DNA from: a virus
Taxonomy: Duplodnaviria; Caudoviricetes
Direction: 5' to 3' (one strand)
DNA length: 64,000 bases
Virus record (IMG/VR): IMGVR_UViG_3300014168_000003
Span: 10,232 to 74,231 of that record
Below the pieces are notes generated by a model. That model saw only the letters and a program-made list of their open reading frames with translations, searched no databases and was not told the DNA's origin. Position 1 is the stretch's first letter; each line of letters begins with the position of its first letter. Shown here piece after piece: positions 55,431-64,000 of this stretch. A program made the position numbers and the translations under genes.

Positions 55431-56312
55431 CTACAGCTTCAACCTACCCAATTCGGCATAGACCGCATCGGGTTTAGGTAGAATGAGTTGGGATGCGGCT
55501 TTACTCGCATACCCAGCGTCTTTTGTATAGGCTGTTTTCGGGCCTTCCCACTCAGTGGAAATGATAGTCCGAAGAGAGGCACCGGGGAAAGCTGGGATTG
55601 CAACCCATGATGCTTCGATAAACTTGACTCCACCATTAGGAAGAGATCTGTGTCCGCAAAGCTCAGCTACACGACGAGGAATACCGTCTTCGTCAGGGAG
55701 GAAAGAGCCCTTGTTATATTGAAGATGGGAACAGTAATTACCATTGTCAGTAACCCGCTGTCCACAGTAAGAGCAGATGACCAAATCAGTCACACAGCCC
55801 ATAGAAAGGTACTTAACCTTCTCACTTCTAATCTTGCTAACAAGATCTTCGTGAGCCAGATCAGTGGCGACGAGAAGATCCACGAAATAGACCCAAACTT
55901 CCCCACTAATCCTGATTTTTCTCAACACAGCATCAAGGATGTGGCCTTTTGCCGCTTTGGAGTTCTGATAATGCTCAAGGAAATTGAACGCACCAACAAA
56001 ACTACGATAACTGAGCTTCAAAACCTCATTTTCCCAGCCATCGTCATTGTTATTGACCAGATAGGAGCACTCTGGAACAATCAGCCAATCTGAAGGCTCT
56101 TTTTCACACATCACGGAGGCCATAATGGTCACGTGAGAGAGCAAATACTTAGAGGTATTGCCAGCAATTTTGGAGAACGAGGCGTTCTTGTGGCCAAACT
56201 TCGCCCCGTGGAGACTATCCCACTGTTGGAGGCTGATTATGGGGTCTGAGATGATGCCAGTGGCTTGCTTTTTCAACATCTTACACCAACATGAACTCGA
56301 AGCAAACTCCAT
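55431..56312 (-). CDS. Prohead (capsid maturation) protease with Zn-finger insert
   Basis: NNNDDGW, FLEHYQ..KGHILDA, YLSMGC..CSYCG..CSH, FIEASWVAIPAFPGA; assemblin/HK97-type H and S motifs. Confidence 0.8.
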   Translation of the reverse strand: MEFASSSCWCKMLKKQATGIISDPIISLQQWDSLHGAKFGHKNASFSKIAGNTSKYLLSHVTIMASVMCEKEPSDWLIVPECSYLVNNNDDGWENEVLKLSYRSFVGAFNFLEHYQNSKAAKGHILDAVLRKIRISGEVWVYFVDLLVATDLAHEDLVSKIRSEKVKYLSMGCVTDLVICSYCGQRVTDNGNYCSHLQYNKGSFLPDEDGIPRRVAELCGHRSLPNGGVKFIEASWVAIPAFPGASLRTIISTEWEGPKTAYTKDAGYASKAASQLILPKPDAVYAELGRLKL

Positions 56313-56946
56313 CGAAGCCAGCGTTGAGCACTACATGTGCATATTTAGCACGTACATTCAAAGTTGCGGAAAGTTCCCGCTCCATCCGGATCATAGTTGT
56401 AGGCCCGAACTCCGCCTGAGCAACTTTTCCGCGAGGGATATTGACCATCAAAATGTCATTATTGGTCTTCACGTTTTCAGCCGACACATACTGCTTGAAG
56501 TAGCGGTTGGCAGCCACTCTATTCGCAATTTTCTTATTGCGATCCGATTCAAAATCATAGGAGTGATTCTTGGCTGTCAGACTACTGTGGTGATGGATCC
56601 AATCCTCACCCTGCTCATCTCCAAGCTCTTCTTTTGTCGTTTCTGACATGATTTTCTTGTCTTTCTGAGGGTAATGGCGTTCGTGTCCGTCCACCATATC
56701 TGTTTGGAGCATCCTGGCATTAGGATCAGATGCTTCCTTCGGATCACCCTTGACGGGGACTTCATCAAAACGGGAGTCAGCGTACGGATTCTCATGCTTA
56801 GTCTGGTAGTCTCGGTCATAGGTGGTACCCACACCGGGTCTAGCCATTTCAGTCAACAGCGCATCTACAGCCTCTTTCCGAACGAGCAAAGAAGCACCCG
56901 CCTCTTTATTGGCTGAGGGCGAGTGCTTCTTGAGTAATTCGTTCAT
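56281..56946 (-). CDS. Hypothetical head-region protein
   Basis: 221 aa, coupled to the tube and protease genes; KEAG and KIAN..RVAA motifs. Confidence 0.65.
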   Translation of the reverse strand: MNELLKKHSPSANKEAGASLLVRKEAVDALLTEMARPGVGTTYDRDYQTKHENPYADSRFDEVPVKGDPKEASDPNARMLQTDMVDGHERHYPQKDKKIMSETTKEELGDEQGEDWIHHHSSLTAKNHSYDFESDRNKKIANRVAANRYFKQYVSAENVKTNNDILMVNIPRGKVAQAEFGPTTMIRMERELSATLNVRAKYAHVVLNAGFDGVCFEFMLV

Positions 56947-57632
56947 TAGGAAGTGGCACCAGAGAAGAGGAGTGAAGCACCCGTAACGTCTGAAGGAGCC
57001 AGACCGGAGTCGATGAAATCTCCGTAGACGGATCCGTTGACATCAAACACATCGGTGACGATAATGGTTGCGTCTTCGGTAACGGCTGCCTGCTCGATCT
57101 GGAAGTTGCTGGTGTAGGACTCCATCCAGCAGCCCTCGTAGATCGTGACAACTGCGTAGAGGCCAGGGTTGCCAGTGTTGTTGAGTCCACCCTCTGCGGC
57201 CACATCAGCCAAATCGGCCTGACCGACATTCTGAGCCATGGAGGCGAGTTCTGAGAAAGCGATCTCGGTCTTGATATCAAACGGCCATTTGTGATGCTTG
57301 AGACTACGAACCAAGCCACTCACGCCTGCCTTGTATCCCAGCATCTGCATGATGTTGGCAAGGTAGAGTGCGGTGCGGTTGATCGTCAGCGTCATCGGCT
57401 GGGTGATACCGGGCACAAGCTCGGCAACGATGTCCCCATAACCCAGACCACGAATGGCTTCTACATTCTTTGATTCTGAGATATTGAAGCTGGAGGTGAC
57501 ACCCATCTTCACAAACTTCCCGACTCCTACCGCATGGGTAAAAATCTTGAAGCGGCTGGAGATAACGGTCTTAGTCTGGGCCGTTGTCCCCTGTCTGTAA
57601 AGATAGCTATCAGTGAAAGGTGAATTGGCCAT
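56946..57632 (-). CDS. Tail tube protein
   Basis: SSFNISESKNVEAIRGLG..ELVPG..TLTINRTALY, YEGCWMESY..VTEDATI; near the sheath gene. Confidence 0.8.
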   Translation of the reverse strand: MANSPFTDSYLYRQGTTAQTKTVISSRFKIFTHAVGVGKFVKMGVTSSFNISESKNVEAIRGLGYGDIVAELVPGITQPMTLTINRTALYLANIMQMLGYKAGVSGLVRSLKHHKWPFDIKTEIAFSELASMAQNVGQADLADVAAEGGLNNTGNPGLYAVVTIYEGCWMESYTSNFQIEQAAVTEDATIIVTDVFDVNGSVYGDFIDSGLAPSDVTGASLLFSGATS

Positions 57633-57707
57633 GTTTAGATCCCCCTATTGGAACGCAAGTTAAGCATTGAACCCTCAGAGTAGGATTCAGTAGATACAAA
57701 ATTCATT

Positions 57708-60164
57708 TTACTCTCCCGCCGCAGCGAGATTAAGTCCATTAAACTTGGACTTAGAGCCATACTGCTTGATTGGAGACGGGCTGACTGGTCCGTTCTGAGG
57801 CAGCTTGGGTGCGGCTGGGGTGGTGTTCTGAGGGGCTCCTGGGGTCTGTGTGGAGGGCTTATTGGCACAGTTGGGGCAGAGCACACCATTCGTGTCCTTA
57901 CCATTCTGCATCACCGTGGCCCCACAAACCGGACAAGCTGCTGTCTTAGAAGCAGACCCGTGTTTGCTGCGTTCCATACCTGAGAAAGACTCCTCAGCTA
58001 GTTCCTTAGTCTTATGACGACTCAGGATATTACCCGTGCCCTTCTGAAGGATACACCAGGGGGCTTCGTTACCCTCTGAGTCCTTGCCAGGGCGATTCAC
58101 GATATACTGATTGGCTTCTTTCTCGATGGTGCCCTCATGGTCAGAGCAACAATCACGCTCATCTGAGGAAGTCTTTGATTCTTCCTTTTTTTCATTCTTG
58201 CACTTCTCACAGATAACGGAGCCCTCAGCCTTCCCGTAGGGAGAGTGCATGACCATTTCGCCACACTTTTCACAGGGAGTCCCACCATCAGCCATAAGGA
58301 AGGATTTCTTACCATTCAGATCTTTCTTGTCCTGAATGGCTGACTCAGCAGTCTCCAGAACCTGAAGCTGCTTGCTCAGAATCTTTTCCACATCTTCCAG
58401 CTTGGTCTTCAAGCCAACAAAGACTTCTCCAACATTTTTAATCAGAGAAGAATCATTGGCTTCCTGGACGATCTTCTTAAATTCGAAGAATTTGTCAGCG
58501 ATATCCTCTTTGAGAGTCTGGGTAAATTTCAGAGCTTTTCGGGTTTCTGCACTGGTGACATCAGGAAACTCTACGGCTGTTTTGGCTGCCGCACTCTTCA
58601 GACCGCCCGTTTTCGGAGCCTCCGGAAGGAGGGCCTCATCTTCTTCATCTGCTGCGGTATTGAGTCCATCAGCTTCGGGGAGTTCACCTTCACCCATTTC
58701 CATGGATTCTGGGGCTTCCTCTTCTGGAGGGGCGACATTAAGAGAACCAACTCCAACAGAGCTACCCCCGCCTTCAAGTCCTTCATCAACGTTCTTGCTA
58801 TAGAACTCACCTTCGACCAGCTTGTCCTCAACCTTTTTAATGGCTGCAACGAGTTCGTCATTGAGACTTAGAAGGGCGCGATCAATTTCTTTCGGCCAAG
58901 TAGCAGGATTGACTGGATCACCGAGGTTGGTCCATTCGGTCTTGCAGGCTTCAAGTAGGGAGACAACGACCGTATCAACGGAAGTCTCTTCTTCGGATTC
59001 TGGCTCTTCTGAAGAACCTCCGGCTGCTGCCTTTTTGGTGGCCTCAGTGGGGTTCAGGATGGATGCATATTTATTGGTGGGGGCGGTGGACTGAGCGTCG
59101 AACACATCGCCCTGTGCGGAGATTACAGCCACTGCTTCAGAAGCATTCAGAATGAACGAGGGCATACCTCTCTGGAAAGTGCCAGTAGCGAGACGGTGGC
59201 CGACCCATGAACCTGAAGCCTCAACAATCATATCAACTTCTTCAGCGGTCTTAGGGGTGAATACTTCCAAATCAGAGCCGCACTTACGCTTCATCTGATC
59301 CTGTTCCTCAGTAGTGAGTTCCTTCACTTCATGTCGCATCTCACGAGTATTGTCAACTGCGAAAGTGGAGGGGGCTGGATCAGTTTTTGCCTCAGTAGGC
59401 TTCTTGGTATCAAAAGTCCCAGCAGCTTTGTGCTGAAGCTCACGAGTGTTGTCAACCGACCATGCGGAAGGGGCTGGGTCAGCTTCAGTCTTCTCATCCA
59501 ATTTCACGCGACGATGGGTACCTGGAAGCTCTGGATTAGCAGCCTTGGGAGTATTATCGGCAGATGGCTTGACTGGCTTTTCAGCAGGAATGGGGCGTTT
59601 TGGATCAACAAATCCTTCAGGCTGTTCACCTGGGGTTTCTGTTTTCTTGGGGGCATCAATTTCCACGGAGGACTCCTCAGCTTTCTTTTTAGATGCAGTT
59701 GTCCGCTTGCCTTGGACAATGGTTTCGAGTTCTCCAACCAGAGCAGAGGAGTTTCCATCCTGAACAAACTGATTGACGGGATTCTGAAGAGCGGCAGGAC
59801 CGACCTTACGAGCAATCGGAAGAGCTTGAACTTTCTGGTTCAAATCTGGGTCATTCCTATGTTGGGTCAGATACTGCACGGTCTGTTTGATCAGATCACC
59901 AATCCAATCGGCGTTTTTGTTTGTTCCACAATCAGGGCAACCGGGTTTCCCACAGGTGCAGCCAGAGGCTTTCTTGTCTTTGTCACAGCCGGGGCAACCC
60001 TTAGTGCCACATGGACAGGCAGCACTTCCACCCTTTGAAACGGCAACGGCTTTGTTACCCGGAACATCAAGCTCTTCCAGGGTCTCATCCTTGGGCCAAT
60101 CCTTTTTATCGGTCTGCTCAAGGGCCATTTTGTTTAATCGGTTGTTAAGTCTGTTAGAACGCAT
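57708..60164 (-). CDS. Large acidic modular K-x-A-rich protein, putative internal head polyprotein
   Basis: 818 aa; several CxxC clusters, duplicated DPAPS..VDNTRE motif, WCILQKGTGNILSRHKT module, at least 10 K-x-A sites. Confidence 0.7.
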   Translation of the reverse strand: MRSNRLNNRLNKMALEQTDKKDWPKDETLEELDVPGNKAVAVSKGGSAACPCGTKGCPGCDKDKKASGCTCGKPGCPDCGTNKNADWIGDLIKQTVQYLTQHRNDPDLNQKVQALPIARKVGPAALQNPVNQFVQDGNSSALVGELETIVQGKRTTASKKKAEESSVEIDAPKKTETPGEQPEGFVDPKRPIPAEKPVKPSADNTPKAANPELPGTHRRVKLDEKTEADPAPSAWSVDNTRELQHKAAGTFDTKKPTEAKTDPAPSTFAVDNTREMRHEVKELTTEEQDQMKRKCGSDLEVFTPKTAEEVDMIVEASGSWVGHRLATGTFQRGMPSFILNASEAVAVISAQGDVFDAQSTAPTNKYASILNPTEATKKAAAGGSSEEPESEEETSVDTVVVSLLEACKTEWTNLGDPVNPATWPKEIDRALLSLNDELVAAIKKVEDKLVEGEFYSKNVDEGLEGGGSSVGVGSLNVAPPEEEAPESMEMGEGELPEADGLNTAADEEDEALLPEAPKTGGLKSAAAKTAVEFPDVTSAETRKALKFTQTLKEDIADKFFEFKKIVQEANDSSLIKNVGEVFVGLKTKLEDVEKILSKQLQVLETAESAIQDKKDLNGKKSFLMADGGTPCEKCGEMVMHSPYGKAEGSVICEKCKNEKKEESKTSSDERDCCSDHEGTIEKEANQYIVNRPGKDSEGNEAPWCILQKGTGNILSRHKTKELAEESFSGMERSKHGSASKTAACPVCGATVMQNGKDTNGVLCPNCANKPSTQTPGAPQNTTPAAPKLPQNGPVSPSPIKQYGSKSKFNGLNLAAAGE

Positions 60165-60175
60165 GTTTTTACCTC

Positions 60176-60928
60176 TTACACTGTGGAATCAGGAAGCGCA
60201 ACAAGTTGCGGAGGTTCATTTCCTCGCAAGGCTGTCATCACTAAAGAAATACGCGAGTCCATCTGTTCACACCAAGCAGCCGCAGCATCAACTGGATCAG
60301 AGACGATAGACTGAGTGGGTAGGAGACCTGGAGATCCTAGTGGAAGCTGGGTCATGAAACTCACGGGGGTTTGAGCCATTTGAGTGGTCACACCTCTAAA
60401 CACTTCCGCTGACCCCATTTGGAAAGTAAGGGCTTCTCGACCCCACTGGGTTCCTCCAAGGGTACCGTTGCCATCCATAGACATATTTGAAGAAGTGTTT
60501 ATGAAGGCAATTTGATTTCCAGCTTCACCATTAGTTACAGCAGTAATAGTGATGACTGATCCACTAATGGAAGCGGTGACAGCAGTCAATGAGGCAGCAG
60601 TGATAGCGGTGATAATGTTCGTTGCACTAGTTGGAGCATCTGTACCTAAAAGAACTTGCCCTGTAGTGGGAGTGCCAGAGGCAATCCAAGTAAACAGTTG
60701 AGTGCTAATGGCAAAAGTTTCACCTGGATTTGGAATCCCAGTAAGGGTAAGAGTTCCGATGGCCGGAAGAGCAAGACTAGTGAATAACCCTCCTAGATTC
60801 ACCAAAGGATCACCATACGCTGCAATTCTTTGCTTGTCAGTCGTATCCGTAGAGTCACCGACAAACGATGCCTGTAACGTCACTGTGACAGTGCCATTCA
60901 GATGCTGAACTACAGGATGAATCTTCAC
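60176..60928 (-). CDS. Virion structural protein with a sheath-like beta insertion domain
   Basis: 250 aa T/S/G-rich; GTLTLTGIPNPGETFAI..ASISGSVITITAVTNGEAGNQI. Confidence 0.6.
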   Translation of the reverse strand: MKIHPVVQHLNGTVTVTLQASFVGDSTDTTDKQRIAAYGDPLVNLGGLFTSLALPAIGTLTLTGIPNPGETFAISTQLFTWIASGTPTTGQVLLGTDAPTSATNIITAITAASLTAVTASISGSVITITAVTNGEAGNQIAFINTSSNMSMDGNGTLGGTQWGREALTFQMGSAEVFRGVTTQMAQTPVSFMTQLPLGSPGLLPTQSIVSDPVDAAAAWCEQMDSRISLVMTALRGNEPPQLVALPDSTV

Positions 60929-60947
60929 TCAAATCTCCAGAAGGATA

Positions 60948-60971
60948 GATGGGGGACCGAAGTCCCCCATC
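60948..60971 (-). terminator. Stable C(UUCG)G hairpin after the sheath gene (terminator or RNA-stability element)
   Basis: GATGGGGGAC-TTCG-GTCCCCCATC; weak U-tract (TATCCTTCT). Confidence 0.65.
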
Positions 60972-60977
60972 CAGGGT

Positions 60978-63900
60978 TTATAGCTGAGTCGTAACCGTCA
61001 AGGTGACAGAGATCCAGAGCAGGCTGAAGATTGGTTTAACAGTGAAGCTAACATTCAGAGTGGTTGGATCAGAGGGGTCCACTGCGACTACGATGGTGCT
61101 GTAGCCTTCGATAACCTGCTCAGCCACCAGAGAGACTAGAGTGGAGCTAACCACTGAAGTGACAGTATTGATGGTGCTGTTGATGAGCTTACGACCAATG
61201 AACTGGTTCAGGCTTGAGCGCATCGTCTGGCGAACGTAATCGATCACCAAGCGAGAGGTTGGTTCACGCTTCAAGGGGCTGGAGTTGTCGGTGGTAACCC
61301 AGTGGCGGATGATCAGAGCACCTGGGTTCTCCACTAGGCAAGTCAGGCCGCTTGCAGCCATATTGTCCATGGTGGGGTCGTCGTAGCGGGTGATGAGACC
61401 CTGGAATCCGACGATTCCCTGGCGAGTCAGGGTGGTGGCCACATCGATTGCCGGGGAGACCATCATGCCAGCCATTGCAGCGGCGATCAGGGATCCATCG
61501 ACCGTGTAGTTGGTGGCCAGACCGGTGGTGGGGTTGACAAGCTGGAGAATTGCTCCGATGGAAGCGATTCCGATCATGCGCTCACTCTTGAGGCTAGTAG
61601 CTAAGCTGATCATGGACGAAGGAGTGTCGCTGAAGCCGTAGCCGTAGACGCTCATTGCTTCTCCACTGTTGCGTGGGGAGGCTTGAGTCAAGAGGAAGCG
61701 GCTCAGGTACTGGATAACCGTTGGGCTGGTAGTCAGAACCTGGATCATGCCTGCCTTCTGCTCGTTTCCAGGAACTGGAGCGGCCAGAGTGCTGATGGCG
61801 TTGATGTAGGTCTGATCGGCGGCGGTATTCAGGCCAGCCTGTTTGGGAACCTGGAGGCAGGCGAAGATGTTTCCACCATTCTGAGCGAACAAGCTAACTG
61901 CCATGGAGAGGCGGTTATCGGGGGTAGGCTGACCATACTGAGCGTAAGCGTTCCCAACGTTGTCAAAGATCTTCAGAGCAAAGTCTGAAGCCTTCTTTTC
62001 GGTCGTGTAGGAGATGTAGTAGTAATCTCCGACAGAGGGCTCATTTCCAGAGGCGTTGAAGGTAGTCACAACAGCCGTGTTTCCTGCGTTCATTCCGTAG
62101 GTGGAGATGACTTCAAGATTCAAACCGTAAACGTTCACGGTTGGAATAACGCTAGTGACGCGAGGAGTTTCCTTGCTGGTGGTGAAGGTGAGGGTGTCAC
62201 CGGGCTCGAAGTGGTAACGGGGGCTCGGGAGGGACTGGAAGCCATAGAGCGGATCAGCCAGAACATCATCTGGGTTGAGAATGGTGAACTGAATGCCCGT
62301 ATCGGGGTCCAGGAAGGTCTGATTCAGCCAGCCGGTAGCTCCGACCGCATTGGAACCCACATTGGAACTCAGGGGGGTTGTAGCCCCACCAGTGATGCCA
62401 AATCCATCCGTGCTGGCCTGGAGGGAGGTGCGGTTAGAGGTCACGCAGTAGTGAAGAGAGCGAGGAGTAGAAACGGTTGCCGCACCATTGGCGAAGAACT
62501 CTGCCGTTCCAGCCGCAGCCGAATTGGTGAGATTGGGGGTTCCGACCGTCTCAGCGAGGATAATTCCAGTCGTTGGAGTGGAAGTCGGGTAGGTGGTGAA
62601 CAGGTTGAGGACATCCTGAAGGGTGCGAGTGGTCGTATCCAGCTTTTCCGTATAGACGGTCACTGCATTACTGGTTACCGCGATAGCGGCGGAATCTGCC
62701 TTGGCCGTGGCTCCGACGAACTGGATGGAGGCCACAGCGTTGGGGCCGGTGCCGATGTTGGTGGCAACAAATTTCAATCCAACGTTCACGGTGGAGACCA
62801 AGCTGGCCTGAACACCAGGGGTGATGACGAAAGGAGCATCCCCTTCCTGGAAGGTCACAGTGATGGTTTCATCTGGGCTCTTTCCTCCCACGCCATTCAG
62901 ATCAGAGAACTTATTGGGCCATACGACCCCACCATACTCTGTGAAGGCGGCTTCTGTGACTGAAGAGGCTCCGGAGGCGACGACTGGGAGAACATTCCCC
63001 TTTTCATCAGCGATGGAGTAAGTGCCCTGGCCGGTAATTCCGGGGTTGACCACGGTCAGAGTGAAGGTGTGGTCATTCAGAATGTTGCGGTAGTAAGTTG
63101 CGTAGACGTTCTGTCCGATTGGAGGGGGATTGTAGAGCACAACCGTGGAGGTGGCTCCAACTACCTGAGTGACCGTTACCTCACCCGCCAGAAGGGCTTC
63201 CTCTGGGTTGGTTCCGACATACACATGAACCAGGGCGGGGTTGTTGGTAACAACGCTCAGGCCGGATCCGTCAGTTGGGACATCCGGAAGGGTGAAGGTG
63301 TAGTTCTTGCCAGTGACGGCTCCCTGGACAGGGCGGAGGAACATGATCTCATCAACCAACGTGTCGGTGATGACCGAAGCGTTGAATGGGGTGTAGCCAG
63401 AGGTGGAAGTGCCTGCCATGACTGAAGCAGAGCCGCCCCACTGGATACGGGCATCAGCGTTAGGAGGAGTCTGAAGAACGTAGTCCACGCCATTGACAAA
63501 ATCGTTGCGGCTTGGGCCGTAACCCACTGCATCAATGCTTACCACGTTAGTGGCAGGAATCATGTCGTAGGTATCCTGATACTTGTTGGTGTAGTAAGAG
63601 ACAGTGAAAGTCTGACCAGCCAGAACTGGGGAGGCCATGACGAAGGTGCCGGTCTGGCCATTCAGAGAGGTGATGGTGGCAGGCTGGCCGTTGACCAGAG
63701 CCTTCATGTTGAGGGGGTTGGTGGTGACGACTCCACCGTTGGTCCCATCGACCACAGGGACGAAGGAAGTGGTGAAGACGGTATTGGAGTTGGGGCCTGC
63801 TCCGTTCACGAATGGAGCGGAGGTGACTGCACCCGTCACAGTCTTGGCAGCGACGAGGCTAGAAAGGGGGGCCTGGAGGACGAGGTTACCGGCCAGGGTG

Positions 63901-64000
63901 GGGATTCCCACGGTGAGGAGGCTGGCCAAATCGCCGTAAGTGCGGACCACATAAGCAGTCACAGTGGCGGAGGCGTCCACTTCAACAGTGAAGGTTGCAG
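60978..64000 (-). CDS. Tail sheath protein, 5'-truncated by the window end
   Basis: C-terminal sheath domain GLTCLVE..IRHWVTT..IDYVRQTMR..FIGRK..DPSDPTTLNVSFTVKPIF; frame open to 64000. Confidence 0.9.
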   Translation of the reverse strand, partial: ATFTVEVDASATVTAYVVRTYGDLASLLTVGIPTLAGNLVLQAPLSSLVAAKTVTGAVTSAPFVNGAGPNSNTVFTTSFVPVVDGTNGGVVTTNPLNMKALVNGQPATITSLNGQTGTFVMASPVLAGQTFTVSYYTNKYQDTYDMIPATNVVSIDAVGYGPSRNDFVNGVDYVLQTPPNADARIQWGGSASVMAGTSTSGYTPFNASVITDTLVDEIMFLRPVQGAVTGKNYTFTLPDVPTDGSGLSVVTNNPALVHVYVGTNPEEALLAGEVTVTQVVGATSTVVLYNPPPIGQNVYATYYRNILNDHTFTLTVVNPGITGQGTYSIADEKGNVLPVVASGASSVTEAAFTEYGGVVWPNKFSDLNGVGGKSPDETITVTFQEGDAPFVITPGVQASLVSTVNVGLKFVATNIGTGPNAVASIQFVGATAKADSAAIAVTSNAVTVYTEKLDTTTRTLQDVLNLFTTYPTSTPTTGIILAETVGTPNLTNSAAAGTAEFFANGAATVSTPRSLHYCVTSNRTSLQASTDGFGITGGATTPLSSNVGSNAVGATGWLNQTFLDPDTGIQFTILNPDDVLADPLYGFQSLPSPRYHFEPGDTLTFTTSKETPRVTSVIPTVNVYGLNLEVISTYGMNAGNTAVVTTFNASGNEPSVGDYYYISYTTEKKASDFALKIFDNVGNAYAQYGQPTPDNRLSMAVSLFAQNGGNIFACLQVPKQAGLNTAADQTYINAISTLAAPVPGNEQKAGMIQVLTTSPTVIQYLSRFLLTQASPRNSGEAMSVYGYGFSDTPSSMISLATSLKSERMIGIASIGAILQLVNPTTGLATNYTVDGSLIAAAMAGMMVSPAIDVATTLTRQGIVGFQGLITRYDDPTMDNMAASGLTCLVENPGALIIRHWVTTDNSSPLKREPTSRLVIDYVRQTMRSSLNQFIGRKLINSTINTVTSVVSSTLVSLVAEQVIEGYSTIVVAVDPSDPTTLNVSFTVKPIFSLLWISVTLTVTTQL

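Noticed and set aside
1-64000. Alternative genetic code (stop-codon reassignment)
   Set aside because: Code 11 yields dense, full-length, motif-complete genes, and TAG, TGA and TAA all act as gene ends abutting the next RBS or start.

Overview
This window is a segment of a large contractile-tailed (myovirus-type) dsDNA bacteriophage genome, read in genetic code 11. Almost all genes are on the minus strand. Bases ~1-21.9 kb and ~30-35.7 kb hold replication, recombination and regulatory genes: SbcC/Rad50 N- and C-halves as separate genes, RecA, a RuvC-like resolvase, a gp32-like SSB, an SNF2 helicase, a family A DNA polymerase, primase TOPRIM and zinc-binding domains as separate genes, a DnaX-like clamp loader, an RdgC-like protein, a NusG paralog, an actin-fold ATPase, an RlaP-like nucleotidyltransferase and a sigma-like factor. 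Bases ~22-29.6 kb and ~36.6-64 kb hold virion genes (tail fibre, portal, terminase, major capsid, decoration protein, scaffold, prohead protease, tail tube, tail sheath), acidic K-x-A-rich proteins and two more sigma-like genes. The best-supported finding is a 283-nt ORF-less group I intron (52430-52712, minus). It interrupts the putative capsid decoration gene after an 8-nt first exon (ATG TAT CT), directly upstream of the major capsid gene, with a free-standing GIY-YIG endonuclease gene divergent from it. Other notable signals are three recurrent promoter-like motif classes alongside three sigma-like genes, possible protease-processed head 'polyproteins', a tRNA-shaped RNA with no normal anticodon loop, and an FN3 domain split across two genes. 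All assignments come from reading motifs by eye; no database searches were run.
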